Positions 31,912-43,800 of a stretch of 64,000 nucleotides of DNA are shown one piece after another (position 1 is the stretch's first letter; each line of letters opens with the position of its first letter). This DNA is from Basidiobolus meristosporus CBS 931.73 (Eukaryota; Fungi; Basidiobolomycota). The DNA lies in the NCBI GenBank assembly GCA_002104905.1, contig MCFE01000040.1, positions 139,614 to 203,613 on the forward strand, written 5' to 3'. A model generated the notes under the pieces. It was not told the origin of the DNA, made no database searches, and saw nothing but the letters and a program-made list of their open reading frames with translations. Made by a program: the position numbers and the translations under genes.

Positions 31912-32496
31912 ATCTTCATGTCCATCATCCCATTTGGGTGGCTAATCCAACCCGTTCCGCAGATCTCGAGATTGGATCCGGCGCAAGAATAATGCTAGAC
32001 ATCACTAGCTTCGAAGCGTATCCGTACCCACCAGTCAATTTAAAAAAGCTGTAATAATACCGTGGCAAGATTGCAAGAGAACAGTCTGAACATCGTGGTT
32101 GGGGTGGCACTATGGCGAGGAACTTGGTATACTATAGGCCCGTAAAAGTGTGTCCATGGAAATCTCTGTTTCTCTCAATAAATATCTATGGACAAGTGTT
32201 CCGAGCTGATGATTGCCATGTACGCTAACGAATGAGGGAATGCCATCTGTAGGTTAGAGATCGACAGCTGTTTTCATTTACATTTCTATAATTAAAGCGA
32301 ACATTGTATGGGTTTGGGTGGTAGGGTAGAGGTATAAACGTGGTTGAGGAATCACATCTAATTATCTACATGGCAAGTTTTGGGCTTCGTCTAAGCTGCC
32401 AGAGCAGGGTGTTCCAAAAAGTTGGCCGCATGGCTAAGTCAACTATCGAAATCACCCACTCACACTAATGGAAAAGGATGAGATATCGTGGCTAGT

Positions 32497-34163
32497 CTAT
32501 TTGACTGAGGCGATCAGCATGTCTCCGTCCTCGATCTCTGTATCTTGAATTAGATCGTCGGGATCTAGCGCTTCGTCATCAAAGAGAATACGGACTGAAG
32601 TGTTTGGCGCCAACTGCTTCAGCTTGATGTACTGTTGAATGATCGCTCTGATTGATGTCGTCTGAGCATGGAAAGCAATTGAAATTTAGAATCACCTGCG
32701 ACTTGAAATCCATGCAAAGGGGCATACCGGTTTGACTTTCATCCTCTCTGTCGAGCCATCTTTGGACCGGAGTTTGATATGAATAGTCTCTTCTGAATCC
32801 GGCTGCCGCGTAGGCTTCTGGGAAGCTTGGTTCGGCATGGGAGCCGCCACATCCTCGTCTACTTCATCATCAAATTGTTGTCGCTCCTGAGCCTTCAGTG
32901 TTTGAAGATGATTGTATAGATCCCTTGTGCACGCCTCTAGATTGCCGCAAATTTGTCAAGGAACAGCATTACTCGATGAACATTTCAAAGCCCTACCGAT
33001 TTCACCGGATGCATAAATGCCCAAGCTCATAGGGGTGGCACGCGGGAAAACACGCACGCCCTCGTAGGTCATGACCAACGAGTCTAACGGGATGTTTTTC
33101 GTTTTGCTGAACAGCGACATCAACCTTTCAAAGGTGTCGTTCTGAGGTGGCGAGGTTAACAACGCTGGCAAGCAGAGAGAAGATGGTCAATACAAAGAAC
33201 GACTTACGCATCTCAAGATAAATTTGATTGGCGCGTGAAGTTTTTTATGCCTCGATGAGTCAATTGTGGTAGGCGCTCTGTCATCCACTAGCGTCTTCAC
33301 AATTATCTCGACCTTGGCGACGTAGTCACTCTTGGTAGGGATCTGTGCACGATCTCGTGTCTGCTGCGCTAGTGACATCAGCTCTGGGTCCAGCTCCGAA
33401 TCCAATATTTCTGTAGATGTCAAAGGTTCATCGATTGAGGTGATGAGCGCTTCTTTCAGGTACGATAAGTCGCTGTCCTGCGTTTGTCTAGATGTTTGTG
33501 AGCTTTCTATTGCCAGCTATCCATAGCTTGGTGAGTTGCGATAGTTTACCTTCTCTTCGAAGCTGGCTGAACTACCTCGGGTGGTGGCGTCAACGATAGC
33601 TCCCGATCAAATTCCTCAACACTACTGTAAAGACACGTATATATATTCGTCAATAATAAACCAGCTTGGTGAACAAACATCCTCCCGTACCAGCGTTTTT
33701 TAACCTCGACATCACTATTGACAAAGGAAACTTCCTCATCAGAATCTGCTATCAACAGAGGCGCTGGTTTAATTTCTGGCTCGGGCGATTCGTAGTTAGC
33801 ACGCTCTAGAGGATCTTTTCCCTTGTTTTTTTCTTCCTCCTCCTCTTCTAATACGATCGAGGAATCTAAAAAAGCCAAAACATTTCGTTGGTGTCAGGGG
33901 GAACACGGGGTGGCCGATTCACAAACTCACTAACTTCGAAAAGTGAACGCTCGACAGAAAAAATCGTCATCTTGAGTGGACTTCGTTGAGACGGATGAAT
34001 TTTCGCTTTCTTGGCTTATCTGAAGACTAGACTGGGAGGAAGTGTTAGATTCCGTATGTAGGCTGCTGCTGGCTCTAACGAGAACGGGCTTGATAACACG
34101 TCTAGGTTTGGGCTGTGAGCGTCTTGCTTTGACGGGGGTAGCATCCGAATCAGAATCGCTCAT
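32497..34163 (-). CDS. Rad60/Esc2-like protein with tandem SUMO-like domains
   Basis: Low-complexity N-terminus. Domain 1: LMSLFSKTKNIPLDSLVMTYEGVRVFPRATPMSLG. Domain 2: VRILFDDEALDPDDLIQDTEIEDGDMLIASVK*. Confidence 0.75.
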
Positions 34164-35318
34164 ATTTCGGCTTCTTTAATGTATGAGAAATCAAGCTGTC
34201 TACCTTGTAAGCGATGTCCTAGGTGGATTTATCAAGGAAGTGCTCACTTCGAAATCAAATTCAATCAGTAGGATTCAAATGGAGAAAGAAAAAGCCTTGT
34301 TTGTCCTTACTTTTCTAGGAAATGGATCTTCGTTTTCCGATATACCAATTACGTTACATAGTGGTTTGATGTTAATTAATATGGATCGTACATTATAAAA
34401 AGATTCAGCAATCCATTCATATTGTACCGAAATCGAATGTTCCAATAAGGTAAGTTATGAATCAACGCACTGGCTAAACCAAGCACACAAACTTGTTTAA
34501 TTTTGGATCATGATGCAAGAAAATGGGTGCTAAGACTAACCACGCAGGATCTATCGTGTACAACATTCTTTGCAAATCGATAATATCTATGGTGAAGTAC
34601 TTGATTCCAACATTGCTCATCTAGCAAACGGATATTCTCAAGGGTTCCATGAAACAACCTATGGTTCTAGTTGTGGACCGATATGGCTCTTGGAGGAATG
34701 AGGTAGATTCCTGTGGATTAGAACCGCCATGAGCCTTGGTTCCACGGATTCTTTGACACCATGACAACCATGCCAATGCTACGAACAAAGGACACATTTC
34801 TCTCATAAGAAAAGAGCCAATAAGTGCGGTTCTTGTCTTGCAGTCGCGCAAAGACACTTAACTCTCGGCCAATTTCATAACCACACTGGTTACTCACCTG
34901 CTGCCCCTCTGATTAGGCCACTAATTTTAAATGCAATGTATGACAACGAACAGCATGGGTGCTGGCTAGTTGACGATAGTCAACCCTCACAAACCAAAGT
35001 ACTTAAACCCCACTTGTGGTGTATGACACTTGCATGCTATAGGATTCATTCTCCCCACCCCTCAAGTCATCTTCAAGTCCTGAATTACATATTTCCATGG
35101 CCAACATCCACTGCTTTTGGGTCGTAAATAGTTGTTCGCAGCGTATTTTATTAGGCTTTATGTAGTGGTCATTCATATGAATGGCAAAATCCCATTAAAT
35201 AGTAAAATCAACAACTTCAGCTGACGTTTCACTTACAAGCAATCCTCATCCAGGTTTGAAGAGCAAACACAAACGGGGAGCGACTAGCAACATGCAATCG
35301 CATTGAAATGGAATACGT

Positions 35319-38300
35319 TTAGCGGTGGACCCTTTCTCCCTGATCTCTGATCCAGATGCAACTCCATCCTTGAGGAGTAAACTCCTCTCCAGAGTCCCAA
35401 CGTCTCCAGGCTTCTAAATAACCCTTCTCTAGATTCTTGACCCAGCGAGGAGTGTCAAATAATGGGGAATGGTCTCTCTTGAGGAACAATTCGCGACGGA
35501 GATCCATCAGGATTCCTCGCCCAACTCTATAAACTGCTGGTGGAGCTTTCTGGTCAACTGTCTCCTGCAAGAGTCCATACGCATGTGTTTGCAGTGGCTG
35601 CACTCCATCATCCACTACAAACTCGTACCTGAGATCCTGTGCATACTTCACCGCCATATCTTCAAATTCCCATTCAGATGAAGCCACCATTCGTTCACCA
35701 TGTCCAGTAGCGTAAGCTATGCTTGCTGCTACTCTAGAGCAGAGTTTGTGACGATGTCGGGGGAACGTCAGGATTGGCGTACCAGACCATAAAATATCAC
35801 ATCCAGTCGTATGACCATTACACTCTGGTGTATCGAGAAACAGATCTGCCACACGTCCTCGATGAATGTGTACATTTTTAGGAGCCACATCAGTGAAGAT
35901 AACTCGTGACGCGACCTCCTTCCCTGCATATTCCTCAGCAGTGCGAATCAAATGAGCTTCGCCGGCAGCGGGAAATCTCAGCAACCAAAGTATCGAGTTC
36001 GGCACCCGAGACAATATTCTGAGCCAGACCTTGAATATGGATGGGTCGATCTTGTAAAGCTGGTTGAAGTTGGCGAAAATGACCGTGTTATCGTGTAAAT
36101 TGGGGAAGACCTCTCGCCGCATGGTCCAGCGCTTTTTTTGCTCTTGTTTCCACAAATGTTCGGGATTTATATTGTTGGCGGCAGCATCGTATTCATCGTC
36201 CCTAAACCCTTGTCGGTGGTCATTTACAAAATACGAGTGCGGCATATATATCATCTTTTCAGTGTAAACCCACTCCTCACTAACTTCTTCGGGGTCCATG
36301 TCACCAACGGAGATGCCCTCAGGCTCCTCAGTATCGTGATTGTTGTACTGGGAATTGCTATCATACTCAAGCATCTCACTTTCACGGCTGTTGATTTTGT
36401 TGTGCATTCTCCAGCGCTCGCAGGCCACCAGTTCTGGAGGACAAACAATTGGATCTGAAATCAAGTAATCGCACCATCCAGCACCTAAGCTTCCAGCAAA
36501 TCCCATATATGCCATAAGAATCGGTGCAGGCCTGGCTGCAAAAACCTCATTACGAGCACCTTTGGTATAACCGTTTAAATTGATCAAAATATGAATGCCG
36601 TCCTGAACAATGCGCTCGACTATAGCTTGTGTTGACCAGGTGGATACATCCAAAAATACCTGAGCCTCACGCTCGATTTTGGCGCGATAGGGAGATTGGT
36701 CATTTGGCGTAGTTGCGTAGCAATAAACGGCGAATTGACTGTGATCGTGTAGCCCGAACACCGATTGCATTAAATGGGATAGCGGATGGTTGTTGAAGTC
36801 GGAGGATACGTATCCGATTTTGATTAAAGGCGAGGGCGGTGGTGGAGGAGGATAAACGGTGGCTGGTAGCCAAGCAGAGCTCAGAACGCTGTGTGAGATC
36901 CGAATGGCATTGCGGTGAGATATCAGGCGTATTTGGCGTGGAGACAGTGGATAGGTAAATGTATGGAATGGAAGGACGGTTGGAACAGGTGGAGAGCTCA
37001 TCAGAGGAAGAGTAGGCCTCTGGTACTTGACTGCTATCTCGTTGGGGTTGTTGATGTGGCCATATTTGTATTGATCCACATACCAGCGTCGTTGGATGAT
37101 CCTCATGCAACGCTCAATGATGCGTATAGCCCAGCCACCTTCGTTTCGACTGCACGATTCAGAGCTGCATTTCCTGCGAGACAATTTGCTCTCAGCGGTG
37201 TTCATCGAAAAGATCCAGTCAATAACTTTTGATCGAAACGCTGGTGTGAGGTGATTGATCCCAAAAGCATTCGAGATCAAGTTGACAAAGGTCTCCGAGA
37301 CGCTATTCTGATGGATGACATTTCCACGTCCCCACTCCATGCCCTCTACTAGTTGCTTGTCAACTATCAAATCAACCTTCTCCATCATCCAGCCAGAAGG
37401 GTCGGTGGGCCCCTTTTTCGTTGATCGAACAAGCACTCCGTCTCCCCCTTTCTCGAGCTCCACCACGCAGTTCATCGGACCTCCACGGCCTCTCCAATCG
37501 CAAATCCCACCTAGTGCATTGACTAGGCCGCAAATAGCCTCCCCAAAATCGGGGTTGACTTCTACTGCACGCATGTACCATTGGATGCTGTCTTGCACTC
37601 TTCCCATGTCTTTGATTGCATTACCCAAGTTTGCAAGAGCAATATCAAACCTGGGGTTGCTCTCCACAGCCTTTTCGTACATATGAACAGCATCCTGTAG
37701 GCGACCCATATCTTTGAGTAGAGATCCCAAGTTGGTATACAGGTGTGGGTGATGCGCATCTAGCGACAACCCATATGTATAGTACCGATATGCCAAGGCA
37801 GGTCCGGTCATCGGCATGGAGCAATTTGGCACCGTTACAGGGGTGCCAACTGTACTAAGCAAGATTCCAAGATTGTTACATGTCGAAGGCGAAGGGTGAA
37901 GCGATAAAGACAAATAGTATATAGGAAGCAGCAACTGCAATGGTGTAGAGCTACCGCTATCCTGGTACAGCTTGGCCAGTGTAAGCAAAATATTGGAACA
38001 CGTCTGATTGATTTGCTGAATGCTTGTACTTGAGGGTACATAGCTGGATGATCTCTTGTCGTCCACATCTGTGAGACCCGGGAGTATGCCGTCCGTTTTG
38101 GAAAAGAGCGAAACGCATAACTGACCGGCTTGTTCGGGTGTTAACAATATCATTGGGAGGTTGGCAATATTTTCGTTGCCATTGCTGGAAATCCCCGTAA
38201 TCTGCGCTATCAATAAGATAACCTCGGTTAAGCTGCTTCCGCCAAAAACAACCTCTAGCGCGCGCTCATATTCATGCTTGGCTCCGACGTAATCCCCCAT

Positions 38301-40394
38301 GGCGTAGAGCAGGTTCCCCTTAGTATACAGTAGATTTTGAACCCGCGGTGTGTGAACAATGGCAATGCCCAAATTTTTGGGAGATAATGAACCACTGTGG
38401 TTGATTTTCGAAATAACATGGGATTCGACGAATTTACAAACTTCCATAGCTTCACTGTACCGGGGCTGTTTGTTGATTCCGGTGTGTGGGTCTTTGATAT
38501 TTTGACTACAAAGTACCCCAAGAAGATTTTCTACCGCATCCCAGTACCCAGGTCGAAGTCTAATAGCGCGCCACCACCAGTTTTCAGCCTCTGTACAGCG
38601 CCCTATGCTTCTTAGAGTGGTTCCGATGTTGCTCATCGCCTCAACGTAATTCGAATCAATCTCAAGAATCTTTGAGTTGTAGTAAAGCGATTTTCCGGCA
38701 TCATCTCGGGAGAAGTAGACACATGCCATTAGCAAAAGCGTAGGGAGGTGTCGCGGGTGTAACTCGTGTAAACAATGAAGCAGTGGGAGTAGATTTGTAT
38801 CCTTTGGTGCCGACGAGTAAAGATTGTGAGCATGCGTAAGAATCTGATCACGTACTTTCTCTATTCTAGCATCATTGATGCATATAGAAGTACCAGGGAC
38901 TACATGCGGAATATGGCTGTTGATCAAGCTTGGATAAGAATGTGGCGTATTCGAGGTCCCGGAGAAATGAGGATGGTGACTGCTGAGGGGGGCCGGCAGG
39001 TCGTATTGATTCCTATTATGAAGGCCTGTTGCAAAATGGCTTCCATTTGGACAATTGAAATCGAACGAACTCGCAAGCTGGGGGTGGTTGGTTCGAAGTT
39101 GCAATATTTGGCTATGCTCATGGGGCCCATTTGATTTCAACTGCACCCCGTGGCCTCCGATGTGTGCTTTTTCGCCCGCGTGATTGTTGAATTGATTTCG
39201 AGTATTGTTGTAATCTACTCCATGCAAGGGCCCAACATGGTGTTGCTGATGGAATGGAACATTCACTTGGCGGGGATATCCAAATCGAGGATTTTCGGCC
39301 GGATGACTGGAATTATACGATCTTCCAATGATTTGCTCGCTTGGGTGAAAAAAATTCGAGTTCGGTTGAAATGCAAGTTGATGGCTATCATTGAAGTTAA
39401 AATGCCCAGGATCCTGTTGATAGTAAAGAAGGATTGTCGGAGAAGGAGGTGGGAGCATCATGTGCTGGAATGACTGTGCTTGACCGCCGTTTTTTGGTCG
39501 AGATGGCGGATCGCTTAAACCGTTGGCGTTAGGTGCAGTAAATAACATACTAGTATTGACCCATGGATCAACAAGGTTTGCAGCAGTGGCCATGAAATGG
39601 CCATAATCTTCAAACCTGTTGCCAGAGTTGTAAGGGGGTAGAACTTCGGTGTGAAATTGATTTGCGAAAGAGGGTCCAGGAGCGAATTTTCCGTGCGCAG
39701 GCTCGCTCTGCTCTCTGATTGACAAATCGCGTAGATTTAGACTTCCTTGAAAAAATTGTTGGTCCGGAAGTTCGTTATGAACGCTGTCTGGGTTTTTGGT
39801 ATGGCCTACTGTCTGATATCCTTCTGAGCCGGCGCCGAAAAAGAGTTTCTTTGGGGGTGGAGGTGGCGAAATACATTCAAAATCTACTAAGGTACTGGTT
39901 GGTCGGGAAGAATATGGATCTTTACGATCCTTCCAGGTTTGTTGTGGAACATTGAAGCTATTATTGTAATGCCGGTCTTTCATGGAGTACGTCCAAGCAG
40001 ACTGATTATCGGTGGCTAAACTTGTGCCTGCAGAGTTTCCACCATCGAGTTGTGATTTGAAGTATGGGCCACTTGTACTGAATAGGCCTTCACCGGTATT
40101 TGTGTCCATATGCATATTATTACCCTGCTGAGCAAAGCCGTTCTGGGCCGAAATAGAGGTCTGAGCCGCAGCTTTATCGTGGAAATGATTGTATGTTCTT
40201 TGGCCAAATCTTGGGACGTCCGTCGTGCTTGTGGAACCGCTGAACGGGAAACTTAATCTGCTTTGATCAACGGAGTTTCGAGGTGCAGTTACTTTTCTCG
40301 AACTGGCCACTCTATCCACAGTAGGATGAGGCGGTGTTCTTTGGTTTGAGTTGTGGGCTAAAAAGCTAGCGAAGTTATTTTGCTGAACTAGCAT
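35319..40394 (-). CDS. OGT: O-GlcNAc transferase-like protein (TPR repeats plus GT41 catalytic domain), single 1691-aa ORF
   Basis: TPRs (EAMSNIGTTLR, YTNLGSLLKDMG); IKIGYVSSDFNNHPLSHLM; NLNGYTKGARNE; NQLYKID; DLFLDTPECNGHTT. Confidence 0.92.
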   Translation of the reverse strand: MLVQQNNFASFLAHNSNQRTPPHPTVDRVASSRKVTAPRNSVDQSRLSFPFSGSTSTTDVPRFGQRTYNHFHDKAAAQTSISAQNGFAQQGNNMHMDTNTGEGLFSTSGPYFKSQLDGGNSAGTSLATDNQSAWTYSMKDRHYNNSFNVPQQTWKDRKDPYSSRPTSTLVDFECISPPPPPKKLFFGAGSEGYQTVGHTKNPDSVHNELPDQQFFQGSLNLRDLSIREQSEPAHGKFAPGPSFANQFHTEVLPPYNSGNRFEDYGHFMATAANLVDPWVNTSMLFTAPNANGLSDPPSRPKNGGQAQSFQHMMLPPPSPTILLYYQQDPGHFNFNDSHQLAFQPNSNFFHPSEQIIGRSYNSSHPAENPRFGYPRQVNVPFHQQHHVGPLHGVDYNNTRNQFNNHAGEKAHIGGHGVQLKSNGPHEHSQILQLRTNHPQLASSFDFNCPNGSHFATGLHNRNQYDLPAPLSSHHPHFSGTSNTPHSYPSLINSHIPHVVPGTSICINDARIEKVRDQILTHAHNLYSSAPKDTNLLPLLHCLHELHPRHLPTLLLMACVYFSRDDAGKSLYYNSKILEIDSNYVEAMSNIGTTLRSIGRCTEAENWWWRAIRLRPGYWDAVENLLGVLCSQNIKDPHTGINKQPRYSEAMEVCKFVESHVISKINHSGSLSPKNLGIAIVHTPRVQNLLYTKGNLLYAMGDYVGAKHEYERALEVVFGGSSLTEVILLIAQITGISSNGNENIANLPMILLTPEQAGQLCVSLFSKTDGILPGLTDVDDKRSSSYVPSSTSIQQINQTCSNILLTLAKLYQDSGSSTPLQLLLPIYYLSLSLHPSPSTCNNLGILLSTVGTPVTVPNCSMPMTGPALAYRYYTYGLSLDAHHPHLYTNLGSLLKDMGRLQDAVHMYEKAVESNPRFDIALANLGNAIKDMGRVQDSIQWYMRAVEVNPDFGEAICGLVNALGGICDWRGRGGPMNCVVELEKGGDGVLVRSTKKGPTDPSGWMMEKVDLIVDKQLVEGMEWGRGNVIHQNSVSETFVNLISNAFGINHLTPAFRSKVIDWIFSMNTAESKLSRRKCSSESCSRNEGGWAIRIIERCMRIIQRRWYVDQYKYGHINNPNEIAVKYQRPTLPLMSSPPVPTVLPFHTFTYPLSPRQIRLISHRNAIRISHSVLSSAWLPATVYPPPPPPSPLIKIGYVSSDFNNHPLSHLMQSVFGLHDHSQFAVYCYATTPNDQSPYRAKIEREAQVFLDVSTWSTQAIVERIVQDGIHILINLNGYTKGARNEVFAARPAPILMAYMGFAGSLGAGWCDYLISDPIVCPPELVACERWRMHNKINSRESEMLEYDSNSQYNNHDTEEPEGISVGDMDPEEVSEEWVYTEKMIYMPHSYFVNDHRQGFRDDEYDAAANNINPEHLWKQEQKKRWTMRREVFPNLHDNTVIFANFNQLYKIDPSIFKVWLRILSRVPNSILWLLRFPAAGEAHLIRTAEEYAGKEVASRVIFTDVAPKNVHIHRGRVADLFLDTPECNGHTTGCDILWSGTPILTFPRHRHKLCSRVAASIAYATGHGERMVASSEWEFEDMAVKYAQDLRYEFVVDDGVQPLQTHAYGLLQETVDQKAPPAVYRVGRGILMDLRRELFLKRDHSPLFDTPRWVKNLEKGYLEAWRRWDSGEEFTPQGWSCIWIRDQGERVHR

Positions 40395-40962
40395 ATCACG
40401 TTAATCTTGATTTCGAGAAATAGGGCGTGTTGAATATATATATCTCGAGAGCGACAGTAAGCTTCGCGTCAACTCAAGTTTCTCTAAGAGGTATTGTACG
40501 AGGTCGGAAATGTGCAAACGGGCGTGCAGAAAGTCTAATAGTCCAAAACAAGGACAGGAAAATGAAGCTGTATATGTACAAGTATAAAACAAGGAGCGGT
40601 AACCTCAGTAGGTACTCAAGATTCACAAGTCGCTTTCTGTACAATGATTTGTGAAAGCTGACCGATTAATAGATATCCGTTTGGAAGTAAGTCTAAGCGT
40701 TGAAATTCAAAACATACAGTCCGTTAGAAAAAAAAAAGCATACACCCCAGAGAACCGAAGTTAAAACTGAATACCTATCAGCCTATAATATTGACTACTC
40801 TGCGTCTAACAGGTCGTTTATAGTAGTAACTGGTATTTTCCTTAACGATATCTTTATCTCCTCAGGTTTTCGTGAAAGGTGCGACAGGTAAATATATATA
40901 TATTTAACAATGTTTGTCTTTTGCACCCGAAAAGAAATTTATGAGGTCATTAAACGGAATGG

Positions 40963-40982
40963 ATATATATATATATATATAT
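40963..40982. repeat. (AT)10 microsatellite
   Basis: Direct read of the sequence. Confidence 0.9.
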
Positions 40983-42499
40983 CGAAAAATCAAGAGGATG
41001 ATGAGATTTCACCTAATATATAACAATAGCTGGGCTTTTGTCACTACAGAGATACCAACGGATAAAGTGATCTCCTCCATACAAATATAAATCAAGCAAT
41101 ATCGTAGGGACCCGAGGTGAATATATTTGAATGATAAGTAAATGGAAATCTCGCGGATTCCATATTGCAGTAAAACCAATAAGAAAGAAGAGCGAGGAAT
41201 GTTTCGCAAATAGCTATACGTGTATGAATCGAAGAAAAAGTTGAAAAAGGAAACCCATTTGATATTTAGAGCGTCAGGAGAACAAACATGCACCTTAATC
41301 TGATTTGTTCTGGTAAACCATCATTGTCTTTGAGCCAAAGTATGCAGCACTCATTACACCTGAATACCCTAAACCTGTATGGATGAGAGCAGTGAAACTC
41401 AATCCCTCCAAGAAGGCAACAGCGATATGCATTCAGTGTAATAGGATCAACCATCAGAGAAATCTCTGACATGGCTATTTCGCGTATGTGATGGGTATTT
41501 CAATCGATACTTTGCTCACCTAATATAGTTTTTAACGTGTCGGAAGCGGTTGCCTGAGGCATGTAGTTATAGGCGGATGACATGAAGAGCCCCGATCATG
41601 CCCAAATCAAGCATTACGGATTGCTTGATTATTCCTGCCCATAAGCTGCAGGTTCTGCTCGGATGGCTACTCCGCCCCGGCTTGACATGAGATGACGTTC
41701 TGATAGTGGTGCTGATTTCCCAATGAGCACGCCCTGCTGCGCAAAGAGTGTTATGAATCAACAGAACACAACAGGCAGCCCCTTATCTGTCTTACAGAGG
41801 CTGTAATAGAACCTATGCAATTTAGTAGCCCGCAGCATTTACTTTGATAATTCAATTGATTACCATTCCAAGGGTAACAGGCGTACGGAACCGCATCGTA
41901 CAAGAGTTACGATGCCGATGAAAGGTTTGCGAGGCTATATGGCCTGTATTATTACGAAAGCATACGCATACCCAATCTAACCTAAATTGCTGATCCAGAT
42001 GCTGACGGCTGCCTGCACAGGCGTTGGAAGGAAACTGAAGGAACATTCAACTGCGCTGCTGTATCTTGTATTGTTTTCGTGTTTATTTTTAGATTTTTCG
42101 GTCTTCGCTAATATGCGTTGAAAATACCAATTGGTAAGTGTGTTGACGGTGTGATGATTCGACCAGAACTATGTGACGATGTGTATTGTGTAAATATAGC
42201 CATGGTCATCGTTTGGGCTTGGAGAGTTGACTACAGCATTGTATAATATTTCGTAGATAAATGGTATATTTCATGACCACTATTATATGCCAGCCAAGTA
42301 TGAAACTCTCTGCTAGACTCGCTGCTTTCAGTATAGCTGACCATCCGAGTAATAGATTTACCTTGAATCCTTCCAAGAAGGGCAGTTTGTCGTCACAATA
42401 CTGAGATCTCTGTCTTCTGTAAGCTGAGTGAGCATTGGCATAAGTATGGAATCGTCTTTACTCCTTTTTACCGGAGTACACTACTACCAAAAATACACA

Positions 42500-43800
42500 G
42501 ATATTGGTCCTAATACCATGTTAAGTCTGCGGTCGCAATTGTCTGAATTAGATTCCAGAATATTCGCATCTGTAATGTGAAATATTTAGAAATTAGCAAA
42601 GTCAATAGAAGAATGCCTTCTTTAATTAGGCTAATCAGTTGCTGAAGCATCCCTGGAATTAGGGGTCTCGTGTTTTAGATATTTCAGCAAATACTTTTAG
42701 CCAGAGCAAAAAGATCTGGGTATTCCTTGATTCTGCATTCATTGAAAAGTCCAGTCCAATGATCACATGACCATGAGCTCAGGGGTTTATTTCTTGATGC
42801 CAATGTGGGTGACCATTTCTCAAGAAGCAGATGATTCGTGTATTCATAAGGGATCATGTAGAGATTAGTCCTCAACAACAAGCGCATCCCAGCAATCTCT
42901 ACTCCGTGGATTGCCGCTAGAAAGCCTTTATGCTCCCGTGAGTGACCTCTACCTGTTAATATGATGAAAGAATTCTGTAGAGATCTGGCTCATTGGATAC
43001 TGCCTTTAGGTAAATTCGATCACGTTCTCCACATGGTCATGTTACCTTTGCAAAGGTCCAGGCAGTTGCAATGTCTCGTGGTATGTAGTGCTCATAAGCC
43101 ATCCCTTCCGATTGCCCGTACACTGATAATAGCTGCAATGGTTTAGTCATATCTTAAACCATTTTGATTAGCCAAAAATAATATTCATTTATCAATAGTC
43201 GAGTAAATGGGCAAAACGAAGATCATTTGCAATGATCTACATATTTGTGGAGATCGTAGCCATATGATATTTCAACTTCACAACCCACCCTTCTAATAGG
43301 TTTGATCGCCTAAACCTTAAAATCATCGATAATGGCATTACTCTCCAAATCTCCACACAATACTGTTGCTAATCTTGTGCACAAAATACCCTGCAACTGG
43401 TTCAACCATAGAATAATTTAATAAAGTGGGCTAAATAGCCAGAATGATTGGGCTGCCGACTGAGTTGAAATATCAAGTTCCACCTGATTTACAGGAACAT
43501 CATTTTACATGGTGATTTGGAGTTCAATGAGCTTCTTAAATTAATATTCTCATTATGACATAGCCACCTATGTTCAAAGCCAATCAACGAACCGATGCTA
43601 TCCAAATGGGATTTAATGTTCAAAGGAACCTTCCATTTGGCAAACTTTGGTGATTGATTCTCAGAATTGCCCATAATATCCTTGCGCCAATAAATATTTT
43701 ATGGATAAACAAAATTTCTGATGTGCCACAATTCTTGGCCTTTACTTTCTGAGAATATCTCCTTGGCAGTGTAATATTAGCCTATTTTTCCGTTAAATCA
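42500..43800 (-). mobile_element. Possible heavily decayed hAT transposase relic
   Basis: Interrupted minus-strand peptides in hAT order: YTAKEIF...ELWHI, HRWLCHNENINL and KPLSSW...EYPDLFALAKSI. Many stops; no TIRs identified. Confidence 0.3.
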
